A DNA stretch of 63,010 bases, filler included, from Choristocarpus tenellus KU-1152 (GCA_964200185.2; 11 parts of 11 records of this genome joined end to end with filler, not necessarily neighbours in it), one strand, 5' to 3'. Shown: positions 11,850 to 24,774, counted from the first letter of the whole stretch. Numbers and translations: made by a program. Notes: generated by a model not told the origin, from the sequence alone.

Positions 11850-12685
11850 TGAACTTTGTTTTATCCTTTTCATGATCGGTGAGACCACCCTTTCGATCCC
11901 ACCGATCCTGAAAATCCGTGCGTAACATTTTCCAGAAGTTGTAAATCAGATTATATCCGTGATTTCTATTTTTTTTAAATCCAATTATATCAGTGATTTG
12001 TATTTTTTAAGATACCAATCACATACTCAATTGTTGTTGTACATTTTCAATGTTCCGAAATCAACTTTGTTTCATCCTCGGGCGATCGATGGGACCACCC
12101 TTTCAATCCCACCGATCCTGAAAATCCGTGCGTTACATTTTCCAGAAGTTGTAAATCAGATTATATCCGTGATTTCTATTCTTGGAAATTCCAATTATAT
12201 CAGTGTTTGTATTTTGTAAGATACCAAACATATACTTAATTGTTATTGTACATTTCCCATGTTCCGAAGTCAACTTTGTTTCATCCCCGGGCTATCAGTA
12301 GAACCACCCTTTCGATCCCACCAATCTTGAAAATCCATGCGTCACATTTTTCAGAAGTTGTAAATCAGATTATTTCTGTGATTTCTATTTTTTTTTAATC
12401 CAATTATATCAGTGATTTGGATTTTTTGAGATACCAATTACATAATTAATTGTTATGGTACATTTCCAATGCTCCTAAATCAACTTTGTTTCATCCTCGG
12501 GCGATCGGTGGGACCACCCTGAGATCCCACCAACCCTGAAAATCCGTGTGTTGCATATTTCATAAATTGCAAATCAGATTATATCCGTGATTTATATTAC
12601 TACAAAATACAATTATATCAGTAGTGATTTGTATTTTTCAAGATATCAATCACATACTTAATTTATCTTGTATGTTTCCAATTTA
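11850..12685. repeat. Tandem array, ~210-bp unit, about 4 copies
   Basis: The ACCACCCT...ATCCCACC marker recurs at 11884, 12094, 12303 and 12513. Confidence 0.93.
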
Positions 12686-12764
12686 CAGTAACCAGGGTTA
12701 GACAAAAAACAACCCCAACCCTCTATGTGTTTGAAGTACAGAAACTTACCGAATCGGACATGAT

Positions 12765-13289
12765 GAGTGAAAGTATCTTAGAGGGTACGTTTTTAGCCCT
12801 GTTTGTCCGTTTGGGGTTTGGCCTCACATGTATTTTTAAAAGACATTTTCCTACTCCGAAATATTTTAGAGTAGGTGAAATTTTATGTTATTATGCAGAG
12901 GTGTGTATGGAAAAAGGATATTGACACTCCCAAACAGTCAAAGTTAATCAAAATCACAACATTGGAATTTTCCCCAAACACACAACAAACAGAGAGCCAA
13001 AGTATCTTAGAGGGTAGAGTCGCGTCCGTTTGGGAGCCAAAATCCAACATTGTGTTTTGGACAAAATTTTGGTCGTCTTGTTTGTTAGGAAGTATCAATG
13101 TCCATTTTCTGGACACAGTTTTTCACAACATTTACATTTTACCTACTACTCCAAAACATTTTGGAGTAGGAAAGTGTCACAAAAAAACCCACAGGAAGCC
13201 AAGCCTCAAATGGAGCAACAGGGCAAAACGCGCACCCTCTAAGATACTTTCACTCAGACTCGACCCTAACCTCTAAGATACTTTGAATC
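12765..13289 (+). mobile_element. MITE family A, copy 5 (host of a nested copy)
   Basis: Left TIR at 12765, body to ~12993, right TIR CCTCTAAGATACTTTGAATC resumes after the nested copy. Confidence 0.88.
12994..13255 (-). mobile_element. MITE family A, copy 6 (nested, inverted)
   Basis: Full TIRs; AGA/AGA duplication at 12991-12993 and 13256-13258. Confidence 0.9.
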
Positions 13290-14057
13290 ACACAGCGATT
13301 GTCATAAACGTGCAAGTCGATAATAAGAGTCACTTTTCGCAAACGTATACACCACGAACCACTTTTTCGCTATGAGTCACTTTACACGTGCGTTAGTGTT
13401 TTTATTAATACTAAACCCACTGAAAACCGAGCTTAGGGTTTTTTTAAATACCAAGAACGAACTTCAGGGGTCTCACACCTTTCCAATTTCAGAAAATCTA
13501 AGAAGTCATTCCAACTGGTATCCACTATTTAAATAGACCTTAAATCCACTTCTTGGCGTCTTTAGAGTTTAAATAAATACTAGATAACATAAAAAAGCGG
13601 ATCTATCGTATTCCTGGTTGCTGGTAACCAGGAATACCGTTGAACACTCAGAACATGTGCGGTAGGGTTTTTCCAAAAGTAGAATGGTATTCTAATCTTT
13701 ACACCAACAAATACAGATACAAACCACATCCTTCATTGATCTTATACGTTCAAAACGTGATAGTAGGCCGAAAAGGTCACGAGAATACAGACACCCTCTG
13801 TCCCAGTTCAATATGAAATCCTATGCTGTTTGATATTTGTATTTTTGTAACACAATTCTCATAAAAAATGTGCAATCTGAGTTTTGAGGATCGAAAGGTC
13901 AGATGACATAAAACAGCACCTACCATCCCTCAGTCCTCATTTCAATTCATTCCCTTCCATAGATACCAAACAGACCTCTAACTTACCCGTTCCCATCGCA
14001 CTAACCCAATCTTTGTCATGTCGAACATTTCAAGAACAACAACCCACCCGCCCGCCG

Positions 14058-15490
14058 ATGGGAAAAGTTTGGAATCCAGAAGTCAGGACCTACCCCCTAC
14101 TGGCATGTCTCGGCTATTGGATGAACATTATCTGGGGTCATATTAAGATGAAGCTGGGACATATCACATGCACAGATATGGTGCGTCCTTTAAGCAAGCA
14201 TGGCCTTGCGCGTGTGATGAAGTCAATAAATGAGAAAGGCTGGCTGGAGCATTTTGCTCCAAGTGTTGTCATCCAGCGAGAATGTTTAGGTAATGTGGAT
14301 CAACTGAACGCCGAAACTGCACTGAACATTGAAGGGCGAGTATTGGATGGAAACCATAGAGTAACGGTGCTGAAGAGAGTGTTTGATCCCAAGAAGGCTT
14401 TCACCATGCGAATCTACATGGAGTTCAACCAAGCAGAAGAGAGGCTAATTGCCAACGGTGGGTGATGGAGTGTTTTCGTTGTTCCATAATCGCCTGACCG
14501 TTCTGATAAACCAAGCACCGAAGTAAGTTGAATGTTTTCGTTGTTCCGTGATCACCTGATGATGACTATTCTGATATACGAAGTTGTTGTCGAGTTTCCC
14601 TTGCTATGTTCATTGTCAGTCAGCCCATTGTGGATCTTTTCTTTGCTCATCTTTTTTATCCCTCGTGGTATTCCTGTCCAGAGCAACATGCTTCTCGGTG
14701 CCGCAGGCCGCGTGTGTCCCGCGATCACTCCCCACCTAACCCTTGTCCCGTTCGCCCACTGCACCACTATGCTTATAATATTCAACGGCACGACAGAGAG
14801 TGTGGTTGAGCGCACGTTATACGATAAGATATATTTCCAGCACAAGCTCCAAGAAGCTATCAAGCGACAGAGGAAGAAGAAAGAAGTGTCACTAGGAGAT
14901 ATCCACAAAATTTACCAGCAGGTGAGAGAGTTGTCGACATTGGTGGGATTGTCGCGCTCTACTCCTCTTCTAGTTGGGTTACAGCTGTTGCGAGATATCC
15001 CTGTGTCGAACTATTCAACCTAAGTTGAGATAGTTATCCCGCGTTTAGATACCCTGTCAAACAACTTACTGACATTCGGGTGACCATGTAGTATGTATGT
15101 GTGGTTAACCGCAGACGTGCAATAAAAATTATTACTTAATTGTTTTATCGACGGTGTTGCCTGAAACCCACCCCCCCCTCACACACATATATATACAAAG
15201 TTTGCGTGGTAATGACGATGCCTCATCCTCGCTGGCTGTGTGCATAATTTTTTCCGTTTTCTGCCCATCGCGAAGGTGGGCGTTACTGCCCCGTCTAAAT
15301 CAACTCTACGAAAATGGCAGCAAGGCGTAAACTCCCTGCAACCAGAGTCCTTCGAGGTACTGAAGGAAGTGTGTGAGTCCTCGTCGCCAACAATTGACTG
15401 CAGTGCAATCTCCCTAAACTATCTGATGACCGAGGAGTTTGCCGGCTTCACTTCTCTCAAGCAGGGGCTATGCATCCAACTGCTTGCTAG
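14058..15490 (+). pseudogene. Intron-containing ParB/Sulfiredoxin-like domain plus HTH-like protein, probably decayed
   Basis: Exon 1 14058-14457 (VRPLSKHGLARVMKSINEKGWL...RVLDGNHRVTVLK...EERLIAN); exon 2 ~14779-14921 (FNGTTESVVERTLYDKI...IHKIYQQ); exon 3 15276-15490 (VGVTAPSKSTLRKWQQGV...). Phases are compatible. The exon 2 acceptor reads ATAA instead of ATAG, and a tentative exon 4 contains TAA at 15532. Confidence 0.7.
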
Positions 15491-16094
15491 GCAAGTCAAA
15501 ACGCCATCGTGTTTTATCGTGTAGGCAGCACTAAGCACAGGTTATGCAGGCCGCAGCACATTGCACAGGAGCGTGAAATAAGTGTCTCCTCCGATGACGA
15601 ATTTAGTCGGCCATTGTTGTGTCGAACGAAAATGCCTTCGTAGTATTCTGGTAATTCTACAGTGTGTGTTGCCTGTGTATGTGCGCTCTTGTCTTTTAGG
15701 AAGTACGACAATCGAGTGATGAATATTTGCTGNNNNNNNNNNNNNNNNNNNNNNNNNNNNNNNNNNNNNNNNNNNNTTAATTAATTAANNNNNNNNNNNN
15801 NNNNNNNNNNNNNNNNNNNNNNNNNNNNNNNNCGTTCTGACTAAAGAAATTTTAAGTGCGCACAGTGTGGTGGTATTTTGTGGACAGTCACCAGAGGACA
15901 CCACACAATGGGATACGTTCTGCCATGAGAAGGTTCGTGGAGTGGTATTGATGCCCATCCATCAGTGCTTATCTTTGAGGCGTTTTCCTAGGATTAATAT
16001 CAACACATGCATGTGTGGTTGTATATATTTCACTCTACCAAACCTTTTCACTTAGCAAGCTGGCGTGTCATGACCATACACACATGGCATGTAA

Positions 16095-16340
16095 GAGTGA
16101 AAGTATATTAGAGGCTACGAGTTTTGCCCTGTTTGTCCATTTGGGACTTGGCTTCCCATGTTTTTTTATGACATTTTCCTACTCCAAAATGTTAAAATGT
16201 TTACGTTATGAAAACGTGTGTCTGAAACAAGGATATTGACACTTCCTAACAAACACGATAGTCAAAATTACATCAAAATCACAATATGGGATTTTGGCTC
16301 TCAAATGGACGCGGCCCTACCCTCTAACATACTTTGGCTC
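16095..16340 (+). mobile_element. MITE family A, copy 7
   Basis: Full TIRs; TAA/TAA target-site duplication. Confidence 0.92.
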
Positions 16341-19300
16341 TAAGCCCTCACATGCACACGAGGAGGAAATTCAATTGATGGATCAAGCAGTTGACTGATG
16401 GTCCCCCAAGCATAGAGAGCTTATATGCTAGGGTTTGATGCACCGTTTGCCTTTTTTTCCACAGTAGTTTATACAGGTGTTTAAAGGTAGACCTGGAATG
16501 TGAAGCGACTGTTGACTTCCTTTCCAGGCTGATTCATAGAAAGGTATCAAGTGTTAACCACTCTTTCCTATGCCTCGCGTGGCAACTTGGGCTACAATTC
16601 ATACGCTAGCAAGAGTGATTAGTCAGAGTATAGTGTTTTGTGTTGAATGATAGAGTATCGCTGGCAAATGCCCATAATTTATATTTGAGATTTGATGTGC
16701 CACATACTGTTTAATCTTCTTCATCATTAGGAGATTAACTTTTCTGTATAGAAGGGTGCAAGAAATGTTAACGAATGCCTGTGTCATTGACCATTCCGTA
16801 GTCAACAATTCCGTAGTCAACGTCAATCATGGACGATTTTAAATTATGCATCTCCACCTCCTATCCAGGAAACATGTCTACAAACAGTTTCAAAAACGTT
16901 TCAAATGTCTAGACGTCTTGATCTCTAGTGCACTATTCCTTCCTTCCTTGTTTTCTGAGCGCAGAATAGACATTTATCATCCTAATTGAAGGGCCTGTGA
17001 GGCAGGAATTTGAGTGCAGATGGCAATGCATTGCACAATTTGTGCTGTGGCCAAAAGTAAAGGAATGGATTAGGGCATCAACTGCCAAAACAACCAACTA
17101 CCTTGATGGGGTCCTCTACGTAACAAACAGCAAGAGAGTGATGTTTCATAAAACAAGAAGAACGGAAATGTCTTTATATATGGTGTAGAATCAATATTAG
17201 TGGTAGAGGTGCCTTTTTTCATGTGTTCGTTACAATTTGACCGTTCATGCGATTGTACTGTCATGGTGTGAAGTGAATATCAAACGCTTGAAGAAGAGAG
17301 GAAATGTATTGGGAATGAGCCTGAGGGAGGATGGTCCTATTGTGAAGTTACGAGGCAAACTTCTAAACTACTGCCACCCTTCAATCCCTTTGCTACAGAT
17401 ACTGTAACTGTATTCGCACGAAACTAAGTTCACCCTCAGAAAGCATTGTCAAGGGTAGAAAAGCTATGTGAATGCCATACCCTGATCATATCTATTAGTG
17501 GAAGGCTCAGCTCTGATTTTTCAAATCTATCTTACCCACCCCATTTCCCCCTTCTATGTTGCACTGAAATGCAATGCCCCTGATGTCCCTGTCTGAAAAT
17601 CTATTTGTAGGTTAAGAAGTCTGTGGTGAAGTAATTCTTTATGCTGAGGAAGTCTCTCCTAATGCCAGTGAGTGTTTGCTTCTTTTGCATGGACATCACT
17701 TGCTACATGGGACTATTACTCCCCCTCAATACTTCCATCTCCAACCCCTCTGCTTGCCTTCAACACTAGACCCCTATCCAAGGCATGACAGCGTTGGCAC
17801 TTTGGTCAAATCATGCAAAGCAATGCCCACTCTGAACTCGATTGCTATATCATATTATACGTAGTGGATTATTGTCAAAGGTGCAATTATCTAGAAATAT
17901 TTTGACATTAAATATGTCAAGCAATATCTATGGGTTATGGGAGAGACGAGACATTTTTGCAGTATAGGGCCTTGTGATTTGAAGTATCGCGCATAGAAGG
18001 CGATCATATGCACTTGCACTGTCTTTGCAATCCAATGCTGACTTAATGGGTTCTCGATCAACAATTGCAGATTATTATTTGGTAAAGAAGAGAGTCATAC
18101 TGCCTTGAGGCAGCGGTCTATTTTTCCAGCATATATCTCCGTCGATGATTTCTAGTCTTGATCTACTGTGGTTTATTGACACCCAGAGGGATCAAAGATA
18201 TCCATCTACTGTACGTATTGCGTCCCGTGCATGGGTTTCCAGCAGCCCATGTGGGATGATAGGGCAATGTGCTCATCAAGTATTTAGCAACTCGTCCGTT
18301 TAGGGCCTAGCTTCCCACGTCTTTAATAGGATAAATACGTATGTTTCAGAGTAGGTCTCATATACGAACCTTTGAAAAGGTGTATAAGGCTTAGTGCTGT
18401 TATCATTTCGAGCCCTGGACAATTCAAAATGCAGCTGCTAGAGGGATTTGCGGCGCATCTCAGCAAATAGATTATATCGTATCCTTTTACGTTGGGGCAG
18501 TGTTGTTATGTAAGCCTAAAATATTGATTTTATCATCACGTTAGTATATATTGTCACATCCTGGTCAAGTTGGTCATTCACAGTGCCTTTACAACATCTG
18601 TATGCGTAGTGGTGTACCGTCCTTATCTAGGAACAAATATGCAACACTGTATCGAAAGAGTGTGTCTATGGCTGGCCTCATAGCACCCACCTTCATACAT
18701 AACTACATCCCCATATATTGCCTCCCTCAAATGACATTGATTGTGGTTTGGGTAAATGCACCGCTTCAAGAAGTTGGCAGCCTTTACAATGTCTAGTCGT
18801 ATTTCATCCACCACTTGATCGGGCATATTTCTTCGAGCCAATTTTCGTTTTTTTTCCCAGTAATACGTCACACAAATACCAACGACACTGCACACCCCTT
18901 CCTTGATCAATACTCCCCTGTGTCCACATTCCACACCTCCCCCTTGAACACCCACAATTTCTGAACTTGTATCCCAACTCCACAAACCAATTTGTCTATG
19001 TATTGAAAACATCAGATGATTCCAAACAGTTCTTCACCCTTGCCTCAATCGGACTGTTCCCAGAAGTTTTCACATAATGTTGCAGTTTTTCTTTTTGGTT
19101 CGAGAAGAAGATACGCGTATTCTTCCTTGGTTTTAAGAAGAGTGGAAGACTTTTATTTTGTGGGAATACATGTGTTTTTGGACATACGAATACAACATCA
19201 TCTCCTGAACTTTTATAGGAATAAAAAAATGGACCATATTTTATTACTGAGATATTTTTGAGAGACCCTTTTTAATAAATGCAGATCTTTCAAACAATAC

Positions 19301-22300
19301 ATTTCTTTCCAATCCGTCACATGACGGATTTCAAAACATCACTCCATTTTTAAGCGTGCTGCAACAAATTGAGTTCGCTAATTTTTTCGGTCCCCACCCT
19401 CCCTCCTCAACATCCATTCCCCTTGCTTGATTCCCTGGCTCTAATGCGACACAAGTGAAGAAGGAACGCAGGACCGTTCATATCGCGGTTTCCAGCATCA
19501 CCTGCGCACATCCAATACGACTTGTCAACCCAGGTCAACTGTTCAACACCTACAGTGTCAACCTTTTCGATACGCAGAGGGTGAGCAACATCCTTCAAAA
19601 GCTTGTGGACGATCCTGAGGATAACAGCCTCTCAGCAAAATTGAGGATGGAGCATACTATGGAGGATGGGTTTGACCCAAAATGGTGCGCGGANNNNNNN
19701 NNNNNNNNNNNNNNNNNNNNNNNNNNNNNNNNNNNNNTTAATTAATTAANNNNNNNNNNNNNNNNNNNNNNNNNNNNNNNNNNNNNNNNNNNNATGAAAA
19801 AATTGACCCCAAATGGACAGCCGCCACCCCCTCCGAGATAATTTGAGCCTTTGCTGACCGCATGGCCAGCTTAGTGCCTTCTGGTGGTATGCATTCCATT
19901 GCATTGTTGCGTGTGTTGATGCTAAGTTTACAACCATGCATTTATTGCCGGCAAACCACATACACACACATACACAGACATCCAAACTGTTCCAACTCCT
20001 ACTCTTCCTATCACTCCAACTTAGGGTCCTTACGGAGTAGGCGGATCAAGGGTCTCCTTTCATTTCAGATTACATACAGTGTTGATGGTGATAGCTAAGG
20101 GTTAGGGCTAAAGGTAAGGCCATTTGGATGAGGTTCAGGTCATACAAGCACTCAGGGATATGTTTCGCATACAATCTGCTGGCTTACAAACAATATTCTA
20201 TCTATATTACAGTACATAGTAACATATCACTTTTCTCATGCGTGCATGACTTAGAAACTCAATTTGTCTCAAAGAGACAAATGCTGCCCATCCATAGCAA
20301 GATCATTCAATAGTGATAGTGACCATTTTGTTTCAGCTCCAAGGATGCTGAATTGGTTATCAACAAGCCAAGGAAGATAATTGTGTCAACAAAAACACCA
20401 ACCATGCAGAAGAAGACTATCCCGCTGTCCTGCCTGGGTACTCCCTACTTGGTTGTTTTTGTGAGGAGGATGCCCCTAGTCCCCAAAACAAAACAAGAAA
20501 AAAAAACAATCTCAAAACCAGAACACAAACAAGAACTACCCTCCACCTCACCCCCTCTTCCCTTGAGCAACAGAGAGGGTGAGTGAGAAGTTGATCAATA
20601 GCAACATCCCACTACTAATCCTTTGCCACGAGCCTGTTCTCTCCATGTATATGTGTGTCTGTGTGTCTCTGTGTGTGTCTGTGTGTCTGTACTATGCTGA
20701 CCAATACGCCAATAGCCTTAATTGCCTGACACAAACCCTCACTATCCCACTATCACAAGACTCAGTTTCTTCAAAACTTCCTCCATTGGTGCGCAGTGGA
20801 CTAAACCTTGCAATGGTATTGATTGTTGTATTAATGTGTCTCATACCCTACAATCCTACAATGCCAAGATTATGATTTTGAGCGTGCAAGTGTACATGGG
20901 AAGCGTATCAAGAGCACCAGGAGCACTGATGCCATCGCAAGTGCTGCTTGGCACTGATACCGCTAGGATTATATGTGGAATTAATTGAGCTCTCACAGGT
21001 CTTGCAGTACTAGGAGTTGCTGTTAATAGTAGTATTGCAGTGATTTACGATACTATATAGCACCATGTATGTAGTCCCCTTGCAGATAATTTCAAGAATT
21101 AAGATATGCGGATTATGCCGACCGAGTACTTGTACTTGTTATCAACAGCGCAGCTGAGATGCGTTTGGGAATTGCATCTCTGAGAAAGTGACAACATGGC
21201 TCTTTACCCACTGTTGTGGTATTGTGAGATCATTGGGAAATATGTGGTTGGTTGATATGTATAGCATCAAATCAGTAGTGCCAAAATGAAACAGGTGGTA
21301 AGACACGACAAGCCACATTCTGAATTACGTAAGAGTTACCATGCCTGTGGGCAAAGCTGTGGGCAAACATAGAAGAACGTCGGTCAAACAAAGCACAAAC
21401 GCAATCCAAACATAAATATTACTCATCCAACTAACTGACCAACCTTTTTCTTACCACCAGTCAAACCGGTGGCTCAAGAGAGAGGATGTAACCATTTGTT
21501 CTCATCGAGTTGTATAGCTACAACAAGTACTTGCACATCCGTGACTTTAAAAAGGGAACCTAGGTAATAAGCAATGTCGTCCTCTTGAAGGTTGGATCTC
21601 ATTACTTTTCATTACAATATAAATATCAAAATCATTTTCAATTTTACCTATTAAGCGTTGTTCGACCCAAAGGACAAAAAAATCCCCAGGTTGGTGAACC
21701 TGTAGTTCTCCGGTTCAATAAATATTAAATGTAGCCGATTGGATGGTCGGCGGATCTGTACGACGTGCATAGATAGCACTGATAGTACAAGCTAGTCCAT
21801 CATACTACCATCAGTTCTATCAAAGTAATACCATACTGCTGACTCCGGCATTTCTGTATCTGCTCCCTTCAAGGTTGTGTAAGCAATTTGAGGCGAATAG
21901 TACCAAGGGGGTTTGCAAAGTATAGGCAAAAACTCTCCCGATTGCTGTGATTCCCAGATTGATGTGACTTCTTACACGTTTGTTTTGAGGCAGAGAATAC
22001 CCCTAAGGATGTAGATTTTAAAATAAAACTATTTTCGTCTTCTCAGTTTGTTCGAGACACTTAGGGCACTTTATTTGGTTGGGTTGTAGTCTACTGTTAC
22101 AAGTACTCTATCTTTCTGCTACAAACTCTAAAAAGTACTACCAAGCTGTGTCCCGTTTCTAATACTGCTAATACAGGTGAAAGCATTTTGACACCTATCT
22201 TCTCATATTTATCACGAATCAATGTGGTAGGGTATGAAGGACGAGAGTTGCGCAGTTGTCCGTCTGCTTAGGTATCCATGATGATGTTGAGCGCACTCAA

Positions 22301-23419
22301 AAATACTTCGAAGTGGGAGGCGCTCGGCATGTGTTCTTCTTTCTGAACGATTTTTGCATTACTCGTCTGTATGGTAGTGTTGGTGTTTTAGAGCTCTATC
22401 ATAGGTAAGTGGTCTCTCTGGAGGAGGATTATATATACTATGTAAGAAAAATATTGTATACTTTCAAGTACACAAAGAAATAAATACACATTGGTTGTAC
22501 AAACATGATACAAAACAGAACAATTCGTTCACTACCCGGTTTCATGCACAATAAACTCGAACAATTTGGGATTTAGTTATTGTTGGGGTGATCTGTATGT
22601 GCATATGGATACCAGTAATATAATGGATCATTGCTTCAAATATCCAGGTGCATCTTCAGCTATCTCTCTGCATGTATACATGGCGGTACCATTGACTAAA
22701 TCAAGAATCTGCACATCACAGCTCACCAGCAACCAGATATGCAAGAATAATCAACCATAAAAGCTACTTGGGCACACAATCAACAAGAAGATTAGCACAC
22801 CCTTCCATCCGCATTTGGGAGGTCAGAAGGGGGATAATAATAAATTAGCATTGTATTGATCAATCCTCAGAACCACATAGTACTTTAATTAATTTAGCTA
22901 CTACAGCTCTATTTTAACAAAAGTTCAAAAACCATCTTTTTAATCCTCGCAAGACCCAACCAATAACTACCACAAGACACTAAGATACGTATCACATCAA
23001 TGGGTAGCGACAATGACAGGCGTTCATCCGGGCAACATGTGTACTCCTAATTCACCACCTTGGAGCTTCCTATTGAAGACTGAGAGTCTAAAACATCAAG
23101 ATAAATGCATTCACTATAAGACGAACGGTTGCGACATGCCACCAACTGTATCCACTGGTCGTACCGTCAGTAAACACCTCCTTGGATTCATTGCCCAACT
23201 GACTTGGGAGCGTACCCCTCCCTGTCGTTATTTGCATTCACGACGCGCACAAAAAAACATACTCACAAGTAAGACATGTAGAAGAAGAAATGTCCATGAT
23301 CTTGTGGAGGGGGTGACAATCATTTCCTTCCAATACCCTGAAAATGGTTGTCCTAGGTGTCGAAGTCGTGCAGCAGTCGAGAATCCTGTGCAACGGCCCA
23401 TATTAAACCGTCAGTTGCC

Positions 23420-24188
23420 CTAGGGGTCAAAGTCGTGTAGCAGTCGAGAATCCTGTGCGTTGCTCCATAATGAATCATTTCCTGAAGGGGATAGAAATAA
23501 AGCTGAAATTTTATCCTCTGGGAGGTCATCCAAATCCAGCTCATCGTTTATACCGAAATCTCGATTTTCTCCAGGATCACACGGAAGGCGATCAGTCCAC
23601 AAGAGACATGGGAGTAGATTTCGAGTTTTTTTTTCAGCTGATACGTTATCGTGGTTATTAGAGGAAGGAAACACCTCTACGTATCGTCGTGGCCTCCTTG
23701 GTTTATCCCCAAGGCTGATGATGTCGTCCACTTGTCTTCCGCACAAACCCTCATGTTCGAATGCGATAGGAATTTTTTTCGATTGTCGTTTGACCTCGAC
23801 AAATCCTAAGTCACACAGTTGCTTCTTAAAGCGGGAGAGGCGTGGGAGAAGATATATCTGGCCCAAGGGTTTTGTTTTGTTTGGCGACAAAAGTTGCTTT
23901 AGGTCGACGATAGCCAGTTTCCCTGATTCTGGAATGAACCGAATCGACAAGAAGAGGAGGGATACAAAGTGCACGAGATTTAGGCGAAGCTCTCAACATG
24001 GAGGCAGCATGTCGGTAATCAAAATTTCCACTCCAACTCTAGACGAAGCAATGAATCTTACCTTTTTCCCAGGAGATTCCGTCTCCTTCTTTGACCATCT
24101 CCACGAGGGAGATCAGAAATTGGGTGCGAGGACCAGGTCTTCCCCTGTTCTCAGTGTCTTGCTGTTGTTGTTGTTGCGGGTTATTCAT
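23420..24188 (-). CDS. Divergent HSF-type DNA-binding domain protein (2 exons, 211 aa)
   Basis: Exons 24188-24062 and 23928-23420 (G|GTAAG ... CCAG|). Spliced N-terminus FLISLVEMVKEGDGISWEKESGKLAIVD...YLLPRLSRFKKQLCDLGF...FEHEGL aligns with the HSF pattern FLxKLyxM...ISW...G..F.i.D...SFxRQLNxYGF...FxHxxF. An in-frame stop lies upstream of the ATG. Confidence 0.75.
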
Positions 24189-24774
24189 CGTATTCCCGTT
24201 CTCGATGTCACCACACTTTTACAATCTCTGACCGCAGGCAGTAGACGCGTTGGCAAGGTTGTAGTGGGTGGATGAGTACGAAATGACGAACAATGGTTGA
24301 TAGCAACGACAGAAATTGGGGAAAGTGTTAGGAATAACATTTTAAAATAGAGGTAAAAATGTTCCAGACTAAAAACAAAAATATATTTTAATGTTATCAA
24401 TCATCGATCGGTGTATTCGGGCAGAATAAAAAATGAGAATACAACAGAAGAAAGAAAGATTAAAATAGCATAAAAAAAGGAAAGTCATCACTGATCTTAA
24501 GTTCTTGAAATTGAAAAATAAACTAGAAATAACCACATATCAAATACAATAAGCACATTTTTCTACTATACTCTACTACTAACAACCTAAAACGAAAATT
24601 CTCTTCTTCCAATACCTCTCTTCAACTATTCCTAATTAATATACCCAACTCACACATGATTATTTTGTGTGGAAGTGTGGAGATAGAATATAATTATGTG
24701 AAGGATGAACTTGTTCTATTCGTCTTCCTGTTGTAATCAAAATAAGATGCATGCTTTTACATACCACTTACATT

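Noticed and set aside
11850-12685. CRISPR array
   Set aside because: Whole 210-bp units repeat with no unique spacers, no cas genes are present, and the context is eukaryotic.
12727-13276. Recurrent short ORFs with SILEG/YPLRYF peptides (also 1848, 6376, 16015, 44913) as a protein family
   Set aside because: These are chance translations of MITE A TIRs, and frames are not conserved between copies.
10455-14457. Functional linkage of PRS with the ParB-like gene (or of any genes across linkers)
   Set aside because: They are separated by an artificial linker and lie on different contigs.
23460-24275. Longest ORF in the track (271 aa, +)
   Set aside because: Antisense shadow of the spliced HSF-like gene; Ser/Arg-rich with no recognisable domain.
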